The position numbers and the translations under genes are program-made. From a virus (taxonomy: Duplodnaviria > Heunggongvirae > Uroviricota > Caudoviricetes), in the IMG/VR virus record IMGVR_UViG_2534681675_000023, positions 1 to 29,757 of that record: a stretch of DNA of 29,757 nucleotides; one strand, written 5' to 3'. Below the pieces are notes generated by a model, which ran no database searches, was not told the origin of the DNA, and was given only the letters and a program-made list of their open reading frames with translations. Positions 17,811 through 29,757 of this stretch are shown in pieces (position 1 is the stretch's first letter; the number at the start of each line of letters is the position of its first letter).

Positions 17811-18524
17811 ATGAATGACAGTGCTCTGCTCAGAAACTCTTCACTTTTTGTTGCTTATATGGGCTGTCTAGGATGGGGAAGCGCTTATTTCTATGGATGG
17901 GGTACTTCATTTTACTATGGCTTTCCATGGTGGGTTGTCGGGGCTGGTGTCGATGATGTTGCACGAAGTTTGTTTTATGCTGTGACAGTTATCGTTATAT
18001 TCCTTATTGGATGGGGAGTTGGTATTGTTTTCTTTTTGGGCATAAAACAAAAGCGCAATATACAAAATTTGAGTTTTATCCGGCTTTTTCTCGCGATATT
18101 GCTGCTTTTTATTCCACCTGTTCTGGAGTTTTCGGTAATTCATCAGCATGTTGAGCCAGATGTACTGATTTTCTGCATTCTTGCTGCCTTTACAATCACG
18201 CTTTTTGTCAGGTCTGGAAGAAGACTTGTTTCAGTCAAATGTTTTTCGGAAATGTCTTTTATTCGCCATCACCGAATTGAGTTCATGATGGCTGGGTTTA
18301 TGATTTATTTCTGGGCATTCTCTCTTATTGCCGGTTGGTACAAACCACAGTTTAAGAGGGAATATCAGGCGATCCACTATGAGAATGTATGGTATTACAT
18401 TATTGCGCGTTATGATGATCGTCTGGTGTTATCGAAATCATACAGGAGTGGGGGTAAGAAATTCGTTATATTTAATAGCGGAAATATTAATGATTTTGAA
18501 ATTAATACTATCAGAGTGCGTTAA
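17811..18524 (+). CDS. Multi-pass membrane protein (moron at the post-Q position)
   Basis: 237-aa ORF in AT-rich DNA; about 4 predicted TM helices plus a C-terminal soluble tail; candidate own promoter (TTGACT at 17743-17748). Confidence 0.75.
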   Translation: MNDSALLRNSSLFVAYMGCLGWGSAYFYGWGTSFYYGFPWWVVGAGVDDVARSLFYAVTVIVIFLIGWGVGIVFFLGIKQKRNIQNLSFIRLFLAILLLFIPPVLEFSVIHQHVEPDVLIFCILAAFTITLFVRSGRRLVSVKCFSEMSFIRHHRIEFMMAGFMIYFWAFSLIAGWYKPQFKREYQAIHYENVWYYIIARYDDRLVLSKSYRSGGKKFVIFNSGNINDFEINTIRVR

Positions 18525-18698
18525 AATTTCTTGAGTAATGAAGATTTTTACTGCCCGGCATTGAGCGGTTTTTTTATGCCAGAAAAATGGTGTGGTACAT
18601 AAAATGTGCTGGTGGTTATTAATACCGGTCTTTCAGCTTGCTGGCTTTTTCGACAAGAGTTATTGGTATGTCACGTTAACCAATAAAGAGAAAAAGAC

Positions 18699-18896
18699 AT
18701 GCTAAAACAGCAGGATATGACCGAAACAGCCAGAGTGGTGTTTAATGAATTAAGCGTCACTGAACCGGCAACAGTTGGGGAAATTGCGCAGAATACTTAC
18801 CTTTCACGCGAACGCTGCCAGTTAATACTGACCCAGCTTGTGATGGCGGGTCTGGCAGATTATCAGTTCGGTTGTTACAGACGCCTTCCGCAGTGA
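18699..18896 (+). CDS. Small putative HTH/winged-helix protein upstream of methyltransferase
   Basis: 65-aa ORF; segment TVGEIAQNTYLSRERCQLILTQLVMAGL resembles a DNA-binding helix-turn-helix. Confidence 0.45.
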   Translation: MLKQQDMTETARVVFNELSVTEPATVGEIAQNTYLSRERCQLILTQLVMAGLADYQFGCYRRLPQ

Positions 18897-19046
18897 AGGC
18901 TTTTTACTTTGTGGTAATGGGCGGCTGGTGGGTGTTAGCGGCACCTGCCAGCCATCTGCTCATGTGTTGAGGTCACAAGCAAACCTCAGGCCCATCTGCT
19001 TTGCGCAAAAGCGGTATGAGCCTATCAGAGAAGTGCTTATTGATCT

Positions 19047-20132
19047 ATGGCTAATACTGTAAAAATATCCAGTTGTGAGTTAATCAACACTGATTGCCTG
19101 GAATTTATCCAGACCTTATCGGAAAACTCTGTCGATCTTATAGTCACAGACCCGCCATATTTTAAAGTGAAGCCCGAGGGCTGGGATAACCAGTGGAAGG
19201 GCGACGATGATTACCTAAAATGGCTGGACCAGTGTCTGGCTCAGTTCTGGCGGGTACTGAAGCCTGCCGGAAGTCTTTACCTGTTTTGTGGTCATCGCCT
19301 GGCATCTGATATCGAAATCATGATGCGTGAGCGCTTTAATGTGCTGAACCACATTATCTGGGCGAAGCCGTCCGGACGCTGGAACGGGTGCAACAAAGAA
19401 AGCCTGCGGGCGTATTTCCCGGCAACAGAGCGCATTCTGTTTGCCGAACATTATCAGGGGCCATATCAGCCAAAAAATGCCGGCTATGCGGCAAAGGAGC
19501 GCGAGCTTAAACAACACGTCATGGCCCCGCTGATTTTTTACTTTCGTGATGCGCGTGAATCACTGGGAATAACGTCCAAACAGATAGCGGAAGCCACCGG
19601 AAAGAAAAACATGGTGTCGCACTGGTTTGGTACCAGTCAGTGGCAGTTACCGAACGAAGCTGATTACAGAAAACTGCAGGCGCTGTTCGCGCGTGTTGCA
19701 GAAGAAAAACACCAGCGTGGGGAGCTGGCAACGCCACACCAACTGCTGGTCAGCACATACAGTGAACTGAACCGGCAATATGCCAGTCTGCTTGAGGAAT
19801 ACAAATCTCTGCGGCGTTATTTTTCTGTATCGGCCGCCGTTCCTTATACGGATGTCTGGACGCATAAGCCCGTACAGTATTATCCGGGTAAGCATCCCTG
19901 CGAAAAACCGGCGGATATGTTGCGTCAGATAATTTCTGCCAGCAGTCGTCCGGGGGATGTGGTTGCGGATTTTTTTATGGGATCGGGGGCAACAATAAAA
20001 GCAGCAATGGGATTGGGGCGTCGCACGATTGGGGTTGAACTTGAGTCCGGGCGTTTTGAACAAACAGTTGGTGAAATATTGGTGCTGAACGATAAATTGC
20101 GAAATGCACAATTAGATAAGAACAGGAGCTAA
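19047..20132 (+). CDS. DNA methyltransferase (amino-MTase, beta class; N6-adenine or N4-cytosine)
   Basis: 361-aa ORF; motif IV DPPY (IVTDPPYF) near the N-terminus and motif I FxGxG (FFMGSGAT) near the C-terminus; no adjacent restriction endonuclease candidate. Confidence 0.9.
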   Translation: MANTVKISSCELINTDCLEFIQTLSENSVDLIVTDPPYFKVKPEGWDNQWKGDDDYLKWLDQCLAQFWRVLKPAGSLYLFCGHRLASDIEIMMRERFNVLNHIIWAKPSGRWNGCNKESLRAYFPATERILFAEHYQGPYQPKNAGYAAKERELKQHVMAPLIFYFRDARESLGITSKQIAEATGKKNMVSHWFGTSQWQLPNEADYRKLQALFARVAEEKHQRGELATPHQLLVSTYSELNRQYASLLEEYKSLRRYFSVSAAVPYTDVWTHKPVQYYPGKHPCEKPADMLRQIISASSRPGDVVADFFMGSGATIKAAMGLGRRTIGVELESGRFEQTVGEILVLNDKLRNAQLDKNRS

Positions 20133-20249
20133 TCCTCGATTAATATCTAAGCCAAGCAGGATGCTTGGAAGTTCTGATATATTCTTATCGTTTTTCGGTA
20201 TTTAAAACTGATTTTCGCTGGTTGCGAAAGCACGTGGTCGGGCACTGCG

Positions 20250-20287
20250 TTCACACATGCAGGAGGGTGTGAAGCCAGCTTTTTTTC
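20250..20287 (+). terminator. Putative intrinsic terminator downstream of methyltransferase
   Basis: TTCACAC-(10 nt loop)-GTGTGAA, then GCCAGC and a 7-8 T run. Confidence 0.4.
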
Positions 20288-20652
20288 TGTGTATTCAGAT
20301 GGCGTTCTGATTCTATAACGAGTTACGTGGACATCAGGGATGGAGAGAATAGGAACGCCATCTTAATACATTTTCCCCGTTTATTTGATATATCTTCCGG
20401 ATAAGGGATTAGGTCTGGTTTTTTATGTCATTCAATAACGCTCTTCTATACTGTATACAATACTTTATCCTGGCAGTGTGTTTAAAACCTGAACTTATCC
20501 TTTGTTTCGTTTATAGACAGAAGGGTTAATATCGACTTATCATCAGCAGGATGGCAACAGATGTGTAAGCAGCTGGTCACCAGTTATACTTCAGTGGTAC
20601 TTCTGAGTGCTTCTCTCCGTGAAATGATTATCATCCAGATGACAGGAGTAGA

Positions 20653-20931
20653 GTGAATATTGATGATATTTCCAGGTGCTCCAGCTTGTTGCAGCGTATT
20701 GAGGATGTTAATGCTGAACGAGCCAGGGCCTTTAGTCGTTTGACAGTTATATTTTCTACCCCTGATCGCCTTTCAGGAAAGAACATTGTTTTATTAAACA
20801 GTGATGCCATCCATAAGGTTTTTGAAGAGTTCATGGCTGCTAATTCAGAATTGCTGGCTCTTGTTGAGGAATACAACGAGATAGCCAGCCGTGTCGGTAT
20901 GGATGAATTCAACGTCATACTTCGTGGATAA
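20653..20931 (+). CDS. Hypothetical protein
   Basis: 92-aa ORF followed immediately by a strong terminator. Confidence 0.45.
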   Translation: MNIDDISRCSSLLQRIEDVNAERARAFSRLTVIFSTPDRLSGKNIVLLNSDAIHKVFEEFMAANSELLALVEEYNEIASRVGMDEFNVILRG

Positions 20932-20954
20932 AAACATGCTTCATATTTTCTGTT

Positions 20955-20979
20955 AGCTCGCTACGGCGAGCTTTTTTTG
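20955..20979 (+). terminator. Rho-independent terminator
   Basis: AGCTCGC-TACG-GCGAGCT followed by TTTTTTT. Confidence 0.7.
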
Positions 20980-21112
20980 TATCTGAGCCACACCTGGCGC
21001 ACATCAAAAACACAGAGCCTTTCAGGAGGTGCTTACGGGATTGTCAGTGTGACTTTCACTGTGGGCTGGTAACCATCTGGCGCAGGCTCGTCTACGCAAA
21101 GGAAAAGTCACG

Positions 21113-21538
21113 ATGTTAGGTATTTTCAAAAAGAAAACCCGCAAGGCCATCACAGAAGTGAAGAAGATGGAGAACCGTGATGCGGTGGAGGCGACCGTCT
21201 GGGGCGCATATTCCATTGCATATGCCGACGGCACCTGCGATGCGAAAGAAATCGCAGTACTGGAGAAAACTATTGCTGCGCTTCCTGCTTTTGCACCGTT
21301 CTCTGGTGAGATTGCCCAGATGAGCGCCAATATCCGCGCCCGTTATGAAGCGTCACCGCGTAGTGCGAATGCGCATGCATTGCGTGAGCTGGCTGATGTG
21401 GCGGGGACAACTGAGGCGGTTGACGTGCTTTGCCTCTGTCTGGATATCGCTGATCAGGATGGCATTGGTCCGGATGAAGAAGCGCAGCTCAAGAAAATTG
21501 CACAGGCGCTTCAGTTACCACTGGAGCAGTATCTGTGA
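21113..21538 (+). CDS. TerB-like (tellurite-resistance TerB family-like) protein
   Basis: 141-aa ORF; acidic helical protein resembling TerB-domain proteins (by eye); directly upstream of lysis genes. Confidence 0.6.
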   Translation: MLGIFKKKTRKAITEVKKMENRDAVEATVWGAYSIAYADGTCDAKEIAVLEKTIAALPAFAPFSGEIAQMSANIRARYEASPRSANAHALRELADVAGTTEAVDVLCLCLDIADQDGIGPDEEAQLKKIAQALQLPLEQYL

Positions 21539-21687
21539 AAAGTGCGGGCCTTGTGCTGGCTGCCATCCTGTTGTTTCTGGTAGTGGCAGTGGATTTCACT
21601 GGATGGCTGATGTCGGTACTGGCTGATGGTGTGCTGGTGGCGATGGTAACGGTCTTACTCTGGCCTTTACTTCGCAAATCTGAATAA
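21535..21687 (+). CDS. Small two-TM membrane protein (50 aa), translationally coupled to TerB-like gene
   Basis: GTG overlapping the upstream TGA (GTGA); encodes VKSAGLVLAAILLFLVVAVDFTGWLMSVLADGVLVAMVTVLLWPLLRKSE. Confidence 0.45.
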   Translation: MKSAGLVLAAILLFLVVAVDFTGWLMSVLADGVLVAMVTVLLWPLLRKSE

Positions 21688-21697
21688 ACAGCCTACA

Positions 21698-21758
21698 AAA
21701 GGTATCTGCGGGTACCTTTGATAAAGTTTTTTAGGGCCGCTGATGGTCCTTTTTATTT
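21698..21758 (+). terminator. Putative tandem stem-loops / terminator before the holin gene
   Basis: AAAGGTA-TCTGCGGG-TACCTTT, then AGGGCC-GCTGAT-GGTCCT followed by TTTTTATTT. Confidence 0.45.
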
Positions 21759-21772
21759 ACAGGAGAATAAAT

Positions 21773-22165
21773 ATGTCTGAACCCTTATCCGGTTCCGGCA
21801 CTGCTGTGGCGCTCGGCGGGGCGACGGTATTCGGGCTGTTTACCGGGACGGATTTCGGGATTGTATTTGGTGCGTTCGCTGGTGCGTTATTTGTGGCAAC
21901 AATGCCGCAGACACTTTCAGCCTGGCGTGTGGCTGCACATTTTCTGGTGTCCTTTATTGTTGGTGTGCTTGGGGCCCGTGGTGTGGCCGGTTACATGGCG
22001 GAACGTATTGGGTTTAACAGTGCTTCCGTTGATGCGTTGTGTGCGGTCCTGGTGTCGGTGCTCTCAGTAAAAGTCCTGTCATTCATCCACCAGCAGGAGA
22101 TTACATCACTGGTATCCGGTCTGTTCTCCCGTCAGCGTGGAGGAGGTGGTGGTAATGACAAATAA
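21773..22165 (+). CDS. Putative holin (multi-TM lysis protein)
   Basis: About 130 aa from ATG at 21773 with AGGAG 7 nt upstream; Gly/Ala-rich TM segments; immediately upstream of endolysin. Confidence 0.65.
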   Translation: MSEPLSGSGTAVALGGATVFGLFTGTDFGIVFGAFAGALFVATMPQTLSAWRVAAHFLVSFIVGVLGARGVAGYMAERIGFNSASVDALCAVLVSVLSVKVLSFIHQQEITSLVSGLFSRQRGGGGGNDK

Positions 22166-22433
22166 TCTTCCAGGATTACTGAATGCGGCGTTATGTACGG
22201 TTATCGTACTGACGCTTTTTTTCTACCGCAGAAAAGAGTCCCGACACAAACCGCTGATATCGTGGTGCGCCTGGTGTCTGATGCTGTTGTATGCGATAAC
22301 GCCGTTAAGTTATCTCTGTGGTCATCCGTTGCCGGCAGACTGGCTGGTAGTGATGCTGAACCTGGTGTTTGGTGTCATGGTAGTGCGTGCGCGCGGTAAT
22401 GTTTCAAAAATTTTTGCTTTCCTGAGTGGCTGA
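22155..22433 (+). CDS. Second small membrane protein of lysis cassette (holin/antiholin-like)
   Basis: About 92 aa from ATG at 22155 with AGGAGG upstream; two or three hydrophobic segments; overlaps holin 3' end and abuts endolysin start. Confidence 0.55.
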   Translation: MTNNLPGLLNAALCTVIVLTLFFYRRKESRHKPLISWCAWCLMLLYAITPLSYLCGHPLPADWLVVMLNLVFGVMVVRARGNVSKIFAFLSG

Positions 22434-22434
22434 T

Positions 22435-22980
22435 ATGAAATCGAGAGATGAAATTTTTGATGAAATCCTCGGAAAAGAGGGGGGGTATGTCAGTCATCCT
22501 GACGATACAGGCGGAGCGACGAAGTGGGGAATTACTGAAAAAGTGGCGCGCGCGCATGGTTACCGTGGTGATATGCGTGATTTGAGCCGCGGGCAGGCTC
22601 TGGAAATCCTTGAGGCAGACTATTGGTATGGACCTCGTTTTGACCAGGTGGCAAACCTGTCTCCTGATATTGCTGCAGAACTGTGTGATACCGGGGTAAA
22701 CATGGGGCCGTCGGTAGCCACAAAAATGCTTCAGCGCTGGCTGAATGTGTTTAATCAGAAGGGAATGCTGTATCCGGACATAGTTACAGACGGGGGGATC
22801 GGGCCGCGAACCATTAATGCGTTACGTTCTTATCTGAAAAATCGCGGCAGGGATGGCGAACTGGTACTGGTGAAAGCCCTGAACTGTACGCAGGGTGAGC
22901 GTTATCTGGCGCTGGCAGAGAAACGCGAGGCTAACGAGTCGTTTGTCTATGGCTGGATGAAAGAGCGCGTTGGTTTATAA
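22435..22980 (+). CDS. Endolysin, glycoside hydrolase family 108-type (with peptidoglycan-binding C-terminal region)
   Basis: N-terminal signature EGGYVSHPDDTGGATKWGIT characteristic of GH108 lysozymes; about 181 aa; follows holin genes. Confidence 0.8.
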   Translation: MKSRDEIFDEILGKEGGYVSHPDDTGGATKWGITEKVARAHGYRGDMRDLSRGQALEILEADYWYGPRFDQVANLSPDIAAELCDTGVNMGPSVATKMLQRWLNVFNQKGMLYPDIVTDGGIGPRTINALRSYLKNRGRDGELVLVKALNCTQGERYLALAEKREANESFVYGWMKERVGL

Positions 22981-22989
22981 ACTCATCGA

Positions 22990-23014
22990 AAAGGTCACTT
23001 CGGTGGCTTTTTTA
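22990..23014 (+). terminator. Putative rho-independent terminator after endolysin
   Basis: AAAGGTCAC-TTCG-GTGGCTTT followed by T-run. Confidence 0.5.
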
Positions 23015-23355
23015 TTGTTCAAAAAACGAAAGAACGGAGGTACGTATGTACGCACTGAAAAAGATTACGGTAACTGAAGATGGTCGTCAGGTTGAGGAAG
23101 TGCATGTCCTGGGGGGATATGTATCGTATGGAGTTTTACCCGCGTAATACCCATCTGGCAGCAAAAATTGAGTATTGCCGGAACGGGAATATTTCATGTT
23201 TGCAGGTAGAGAAAACGGATGAGGCTTATATCACTACGCTGAACGGCGATACGATGTCAGCGCCAATGATATAAGACAGTAATTCACCATTTGGATTGTC
23301 CGCTCCACCCAACATGTTGTTTCCTTAAGGTTCCTACACCACAAAGGGAACACTC

Positions 23356-25322
<1,967 letters not shown>

Positions 25323-25539
25323 TGACCAATAGCGGACATTAAAAATGGCGAAAAACGGCCAATAATCTTGGCGTTGACAACGATGCGTTGCATCTGTCGC
25401 GGCGACAGTAAAGCCCGGAATGAAATGGCCAGATGTCGTACTCATACCAGTGAATAACAAGTAAAACCCCGGCGGCTGAAACAACCAAGGGGTTAACAGT
25501 GTAAATAAAACTGCCCATATTGATGGGCAGCGCATGTAA

Positions 25540-25833
25540 TTATTGTGAGCAATAGACCCGAGCTTCAAGCGGAGTATAAATGCCTAAAGTAATAAAACCG
25601 AGCAATCCATTTACGAATGTTTGCTGGGTTTCAGTTTTAACAACTTTATCTGCGCCACCACAAATTTTGGCTGCATCGACAGTTTTCTTCTGACCAATTC
25701 CTGAAACGAAGAAATGATGAGTGATGGTTTCCTTCGGTGTTACTGTTGTAGGTTTGTTTTCAACTGTAAACGTCTGTTGAGCACATCCAGAGATAAGCAG
25801 CGCCAGTGTGAAAGTGAGTAGCGTTTTTTTCAT
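25540..25833 (-). CDS. bor: Bor lipoprotein (serum-resistance, Iss-like)
   Basis: 97-aa ORF with lipobox (LISGC); near-identical to lambda Bor as recalled (…KETITHHFFVSGIGQKKTVDAAKICGG…GLLGFITLGIYTPLEARVYCSQ). Confidence 0.9.
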   Translation of the reverse strand: MKKTLLTFTLALLISGCAQQTFTVENKPTTVTPKETITHHFFVSGIGQKKTVDAAKICGGADKVVKTETQQTFVNGLLGFITLGIYTPLEARVYCSQ

Positions 25834-26057
25834 CGTGTGATTCCCGTTGTGTTTTTAAGTTTGGTGCATCGTATTTGTGGAAATTTAAACAAAACCTAAA
25901 CAATGAGTTGAAATCTCATATTGTTAATGTTTATTAAAGTATGCCAGATGTGCTGTATCTTTACTGTATACCCAGATTAACTATGGCCACAGCACCGACT
26001 GGTAACTCCTGTGTGGGAGTGCCGGCTACTGAGGCGGATCAAACCGGACGTTATGGT

Positions 26058-26468
26058 TTAGCGTGGAAAAATTTGAGTCGTGTTCTGGATGCTTTCGGTA
26101 AACAATAATGAGTTGTCAAAGGTATAGTAATATCTTTTGTGTTCGTGGATATTTGTAACCCATCGGAAAACTCCAGCTTTAGCCAGATTTACCCTGTATT
26201 CATGAAATGTGATTTCTCTTGATTTCAACTTATGAAGGTAAGTTTCTATAAGTCGCGTGTCTCTGCAAAAGCTAACATGAATAACATCATGGAAACCTTT
26301 TATTAACACCGTGTTATCGCTCTCAAATACAATGTGAATATTACCTGTGGCTAAATAGTAAATGTAATGTGAGACATTGTGGCGTTTTAGTTCAGAGTAA
26401 AACCGGTCACAGTTTAAATCTTTCCGCACTTGATCAAATATTTCTTTAAAAATGGCAACCTGAGCCAT
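26058..26468 (-). CDS. YbcV-like (DUF1398-type) prophage protein
   Basis: 136-aa ORF following bor on the same strand, matching the DLP12 borD-ybcV arrangement; AT-rich gene. Confidence 0.7.
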   Translation of the reverse strand: MAQVAIFKEIFDQVRKDLNCDRFYSELKRHNVSHYIYYLATGNIHIVFESDNTVLIKGFHDVIHVSFCRDTRLIETYLHKLKSREITFHEYRVNLAKAGVFRWVTNIHEHKRYYYTFDNSLLFTESIQNTTQIFPR

Positions 26469-26637
26469 CAGTATCCCCTTGTATATGATATGAGGGGCGT
26501 AGTCTGCATGAGTGCTTTTAATACTGCAATCTGGTCAGATGTCTTTATCGTATATTGATGATTATTGTCGGATAGTATGAGGTTTTCTCAACTCATGGAA
26601 ATACCGGAAGGTGCGAAAATTACTAAGTAAGAAGAGT

Positions 26638-26674
26638 TACATAAGCCCTTCATACAGTGAAGGGCTTATGTAAT
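26638..26674. repeat. Perfect 16-bp-stem hairpin / inverted repeat
   Basis: TTACATAAGCCCTTCA-TACAG-TGAAGGGCTTATGTAA. Confidence 0.7.
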
Positions 26675-27028
26675 CTTAGAAATAAAAAACCGGTCATAGG
26701 GAGCTACACAGAACCGGTCGGCGAAGACCGCCAATACCACCCATGCATCGATGCAACATACTAATGACAATAGCTGCTATTGATGTAAATGCAATGTTAT
26801 GCATCGACGAAAATAAAAAACCGGCAGGGGAAATCCATTGAAGACTTGCCGGTGGCAAAAGTTGCCAATGCTTTTATAACCGTAGTCACAGAGTTACGAA
26901 GTGCAACACCGACTGCTGCTGGTATATGGATGAATGGCGTTTCAATGATGTGCATCATTCAAATCACAAATAGTATTGATACTTATTCTCGGTTTTGCGG
27001 GTCCTTTCCGGTGATCCGGCAGGCTACG

Positions 27029-27040
27029 GGGCGGCGACCT
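27029..27040 (+). other. cosN cohesive-end site (lambda-type 12-nt end GGGCGGCGACCT)
   Basis: ACGGGGCGGCGACCTAGCGGGTTTTCGCTATTTA closely matches lambda cosN and flanks (recalled), upstream of the Nu1-like gene. Confidence 0.75.
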
Positions 27041-27717
27041 AGCGGGTTTTCGCTATTTACGAGTTTTTTTGAGGTGATGGTTGTTGTTTTATCGTTTGAT
27101 ATATCTACTTGATAAGTAATAAGAAAGAAAAATAAACACAACAACCTGATGATCTTTCTTATACGAAAAAGCATGTAAAATCAGAGGGTTTTACAAAAAA
27201 CGTGGTTGTTGTATTGCTTTTTTGCCGGTGGTTTATGGAGGGGCTGTGGCCTTTTTATTGAATAAAAGCGACATGGCCTCCTCCATCGGTATCTCAGTAC
27301 AGGCATTTGATAAATGGGGTGTTCCTCCTGTTGAGCGCCGGGGGAGAGAGGTTTTCTATGACGTTAAAACTGTACTGGAGATAGATCGCGAGCGACGTCA
27401 ACAAAACCAGAAATCTTCAGGTGGTGAAAATGATCTTGAGGAAAGGCTACTTCAGGCCAGGGTTAACCTGACGGAAGAACAGGCTATTGCTCAGCGGTTA
27501 AAAAACCAGGTTGCAGAGCATAAGGTGATTGATACAGCTTTCTCTATTTTTGCCCTGTCCCGGTTATCCGGAGAACTGGCATCTGTTTTGGACAGTATTC
27601 CGCTTTCGATGCAAAGAAAATTCCCTGAATTGACAGGCAGACAATTGGCTTATCTAAAAGAGCTGGTTGCGAAGGGGGCTAATAAATGCGTTGAGTCCGC
27701 TGAAAAAATGAAGGAAT

Positions 27718-29757
<2,040 letters not shown>

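Noticed and set aside
23046-23274. Small ORFs after endolysin (33-aa frame with ACGGAGG RBS; 64-aa ORF 23080-23274) as possible spanin or lysis accessory genes
   Set aside because: Neither has a TM segment or lipobox; the 64-aa frame is cut by the IS21 insertion and its reconstructed product still lacks spanin features. Kept only as context in a finding.

Overview
This window is a lambdoid prophage in an E. coli-like enterobacterial chromosome, read from the integrase end through the immunity, replication, nin-like, Q/late-regulatory, lysis and cos/terminase modules. It looks defective and carries an AT-rich accessory island that is the best candidate for an undescribed system. All calls are from reading the sequence and recalled protein families; no database search was run.

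Backbone, left to right:
- **Integration and early-left operon (minus strand):** tyrosine integrase, Xis-like gene, an 823-aa DEDDh exonuclease with a RecE-like middle segment, and several small ORFs.
- **Immunity switch:** cI-like repressor (HTH plus S24 peptidase) divergent from a Cro-like gene, followed by a YdaT/CII-like gene.
- **Replication:** an O-like initiator with internal ori iterons, interrupted by an IS3-family (IS629-like) element.
- **nin-like region:** Hok/Gef toxin, YdfU-like protein, RusA and a Q-like antiterminator.
- **Late region:** PR'/tR'-like promoter and terminator, a membrane-protein moron, an orphan beta-class DNA methyltransferase, and a lysis cassette (TerB-like, holin, GH108 endolysin).
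- **Right end:** an IS21-family element, bor, a YbcV-like gene, a lambda-type cos site, Nu1-like small terminase, a terminase large subunit with two -1 frameshifts, and the start of gpW.

The three disruptions (IS in O, IS next to the lysis genes, frameshifted terminase) suggest a cryptic prophage, unless the frameshifts are homopolymer sequencing errors.

The main candidate novelty is the AT-rich island at about 10.33-13.70 kb, between the replication and nin-like modules. It holds two convergent two-gene operons: a zeta-toxin-family P-loop kinase with a tightly coupled 208-aa partner of unknown fold, and a Cys-rich 114-aa plus helical 150-aa pair preceded by direct repeats. I could not assign either pair to a known defence or toxin-antitoxin family.
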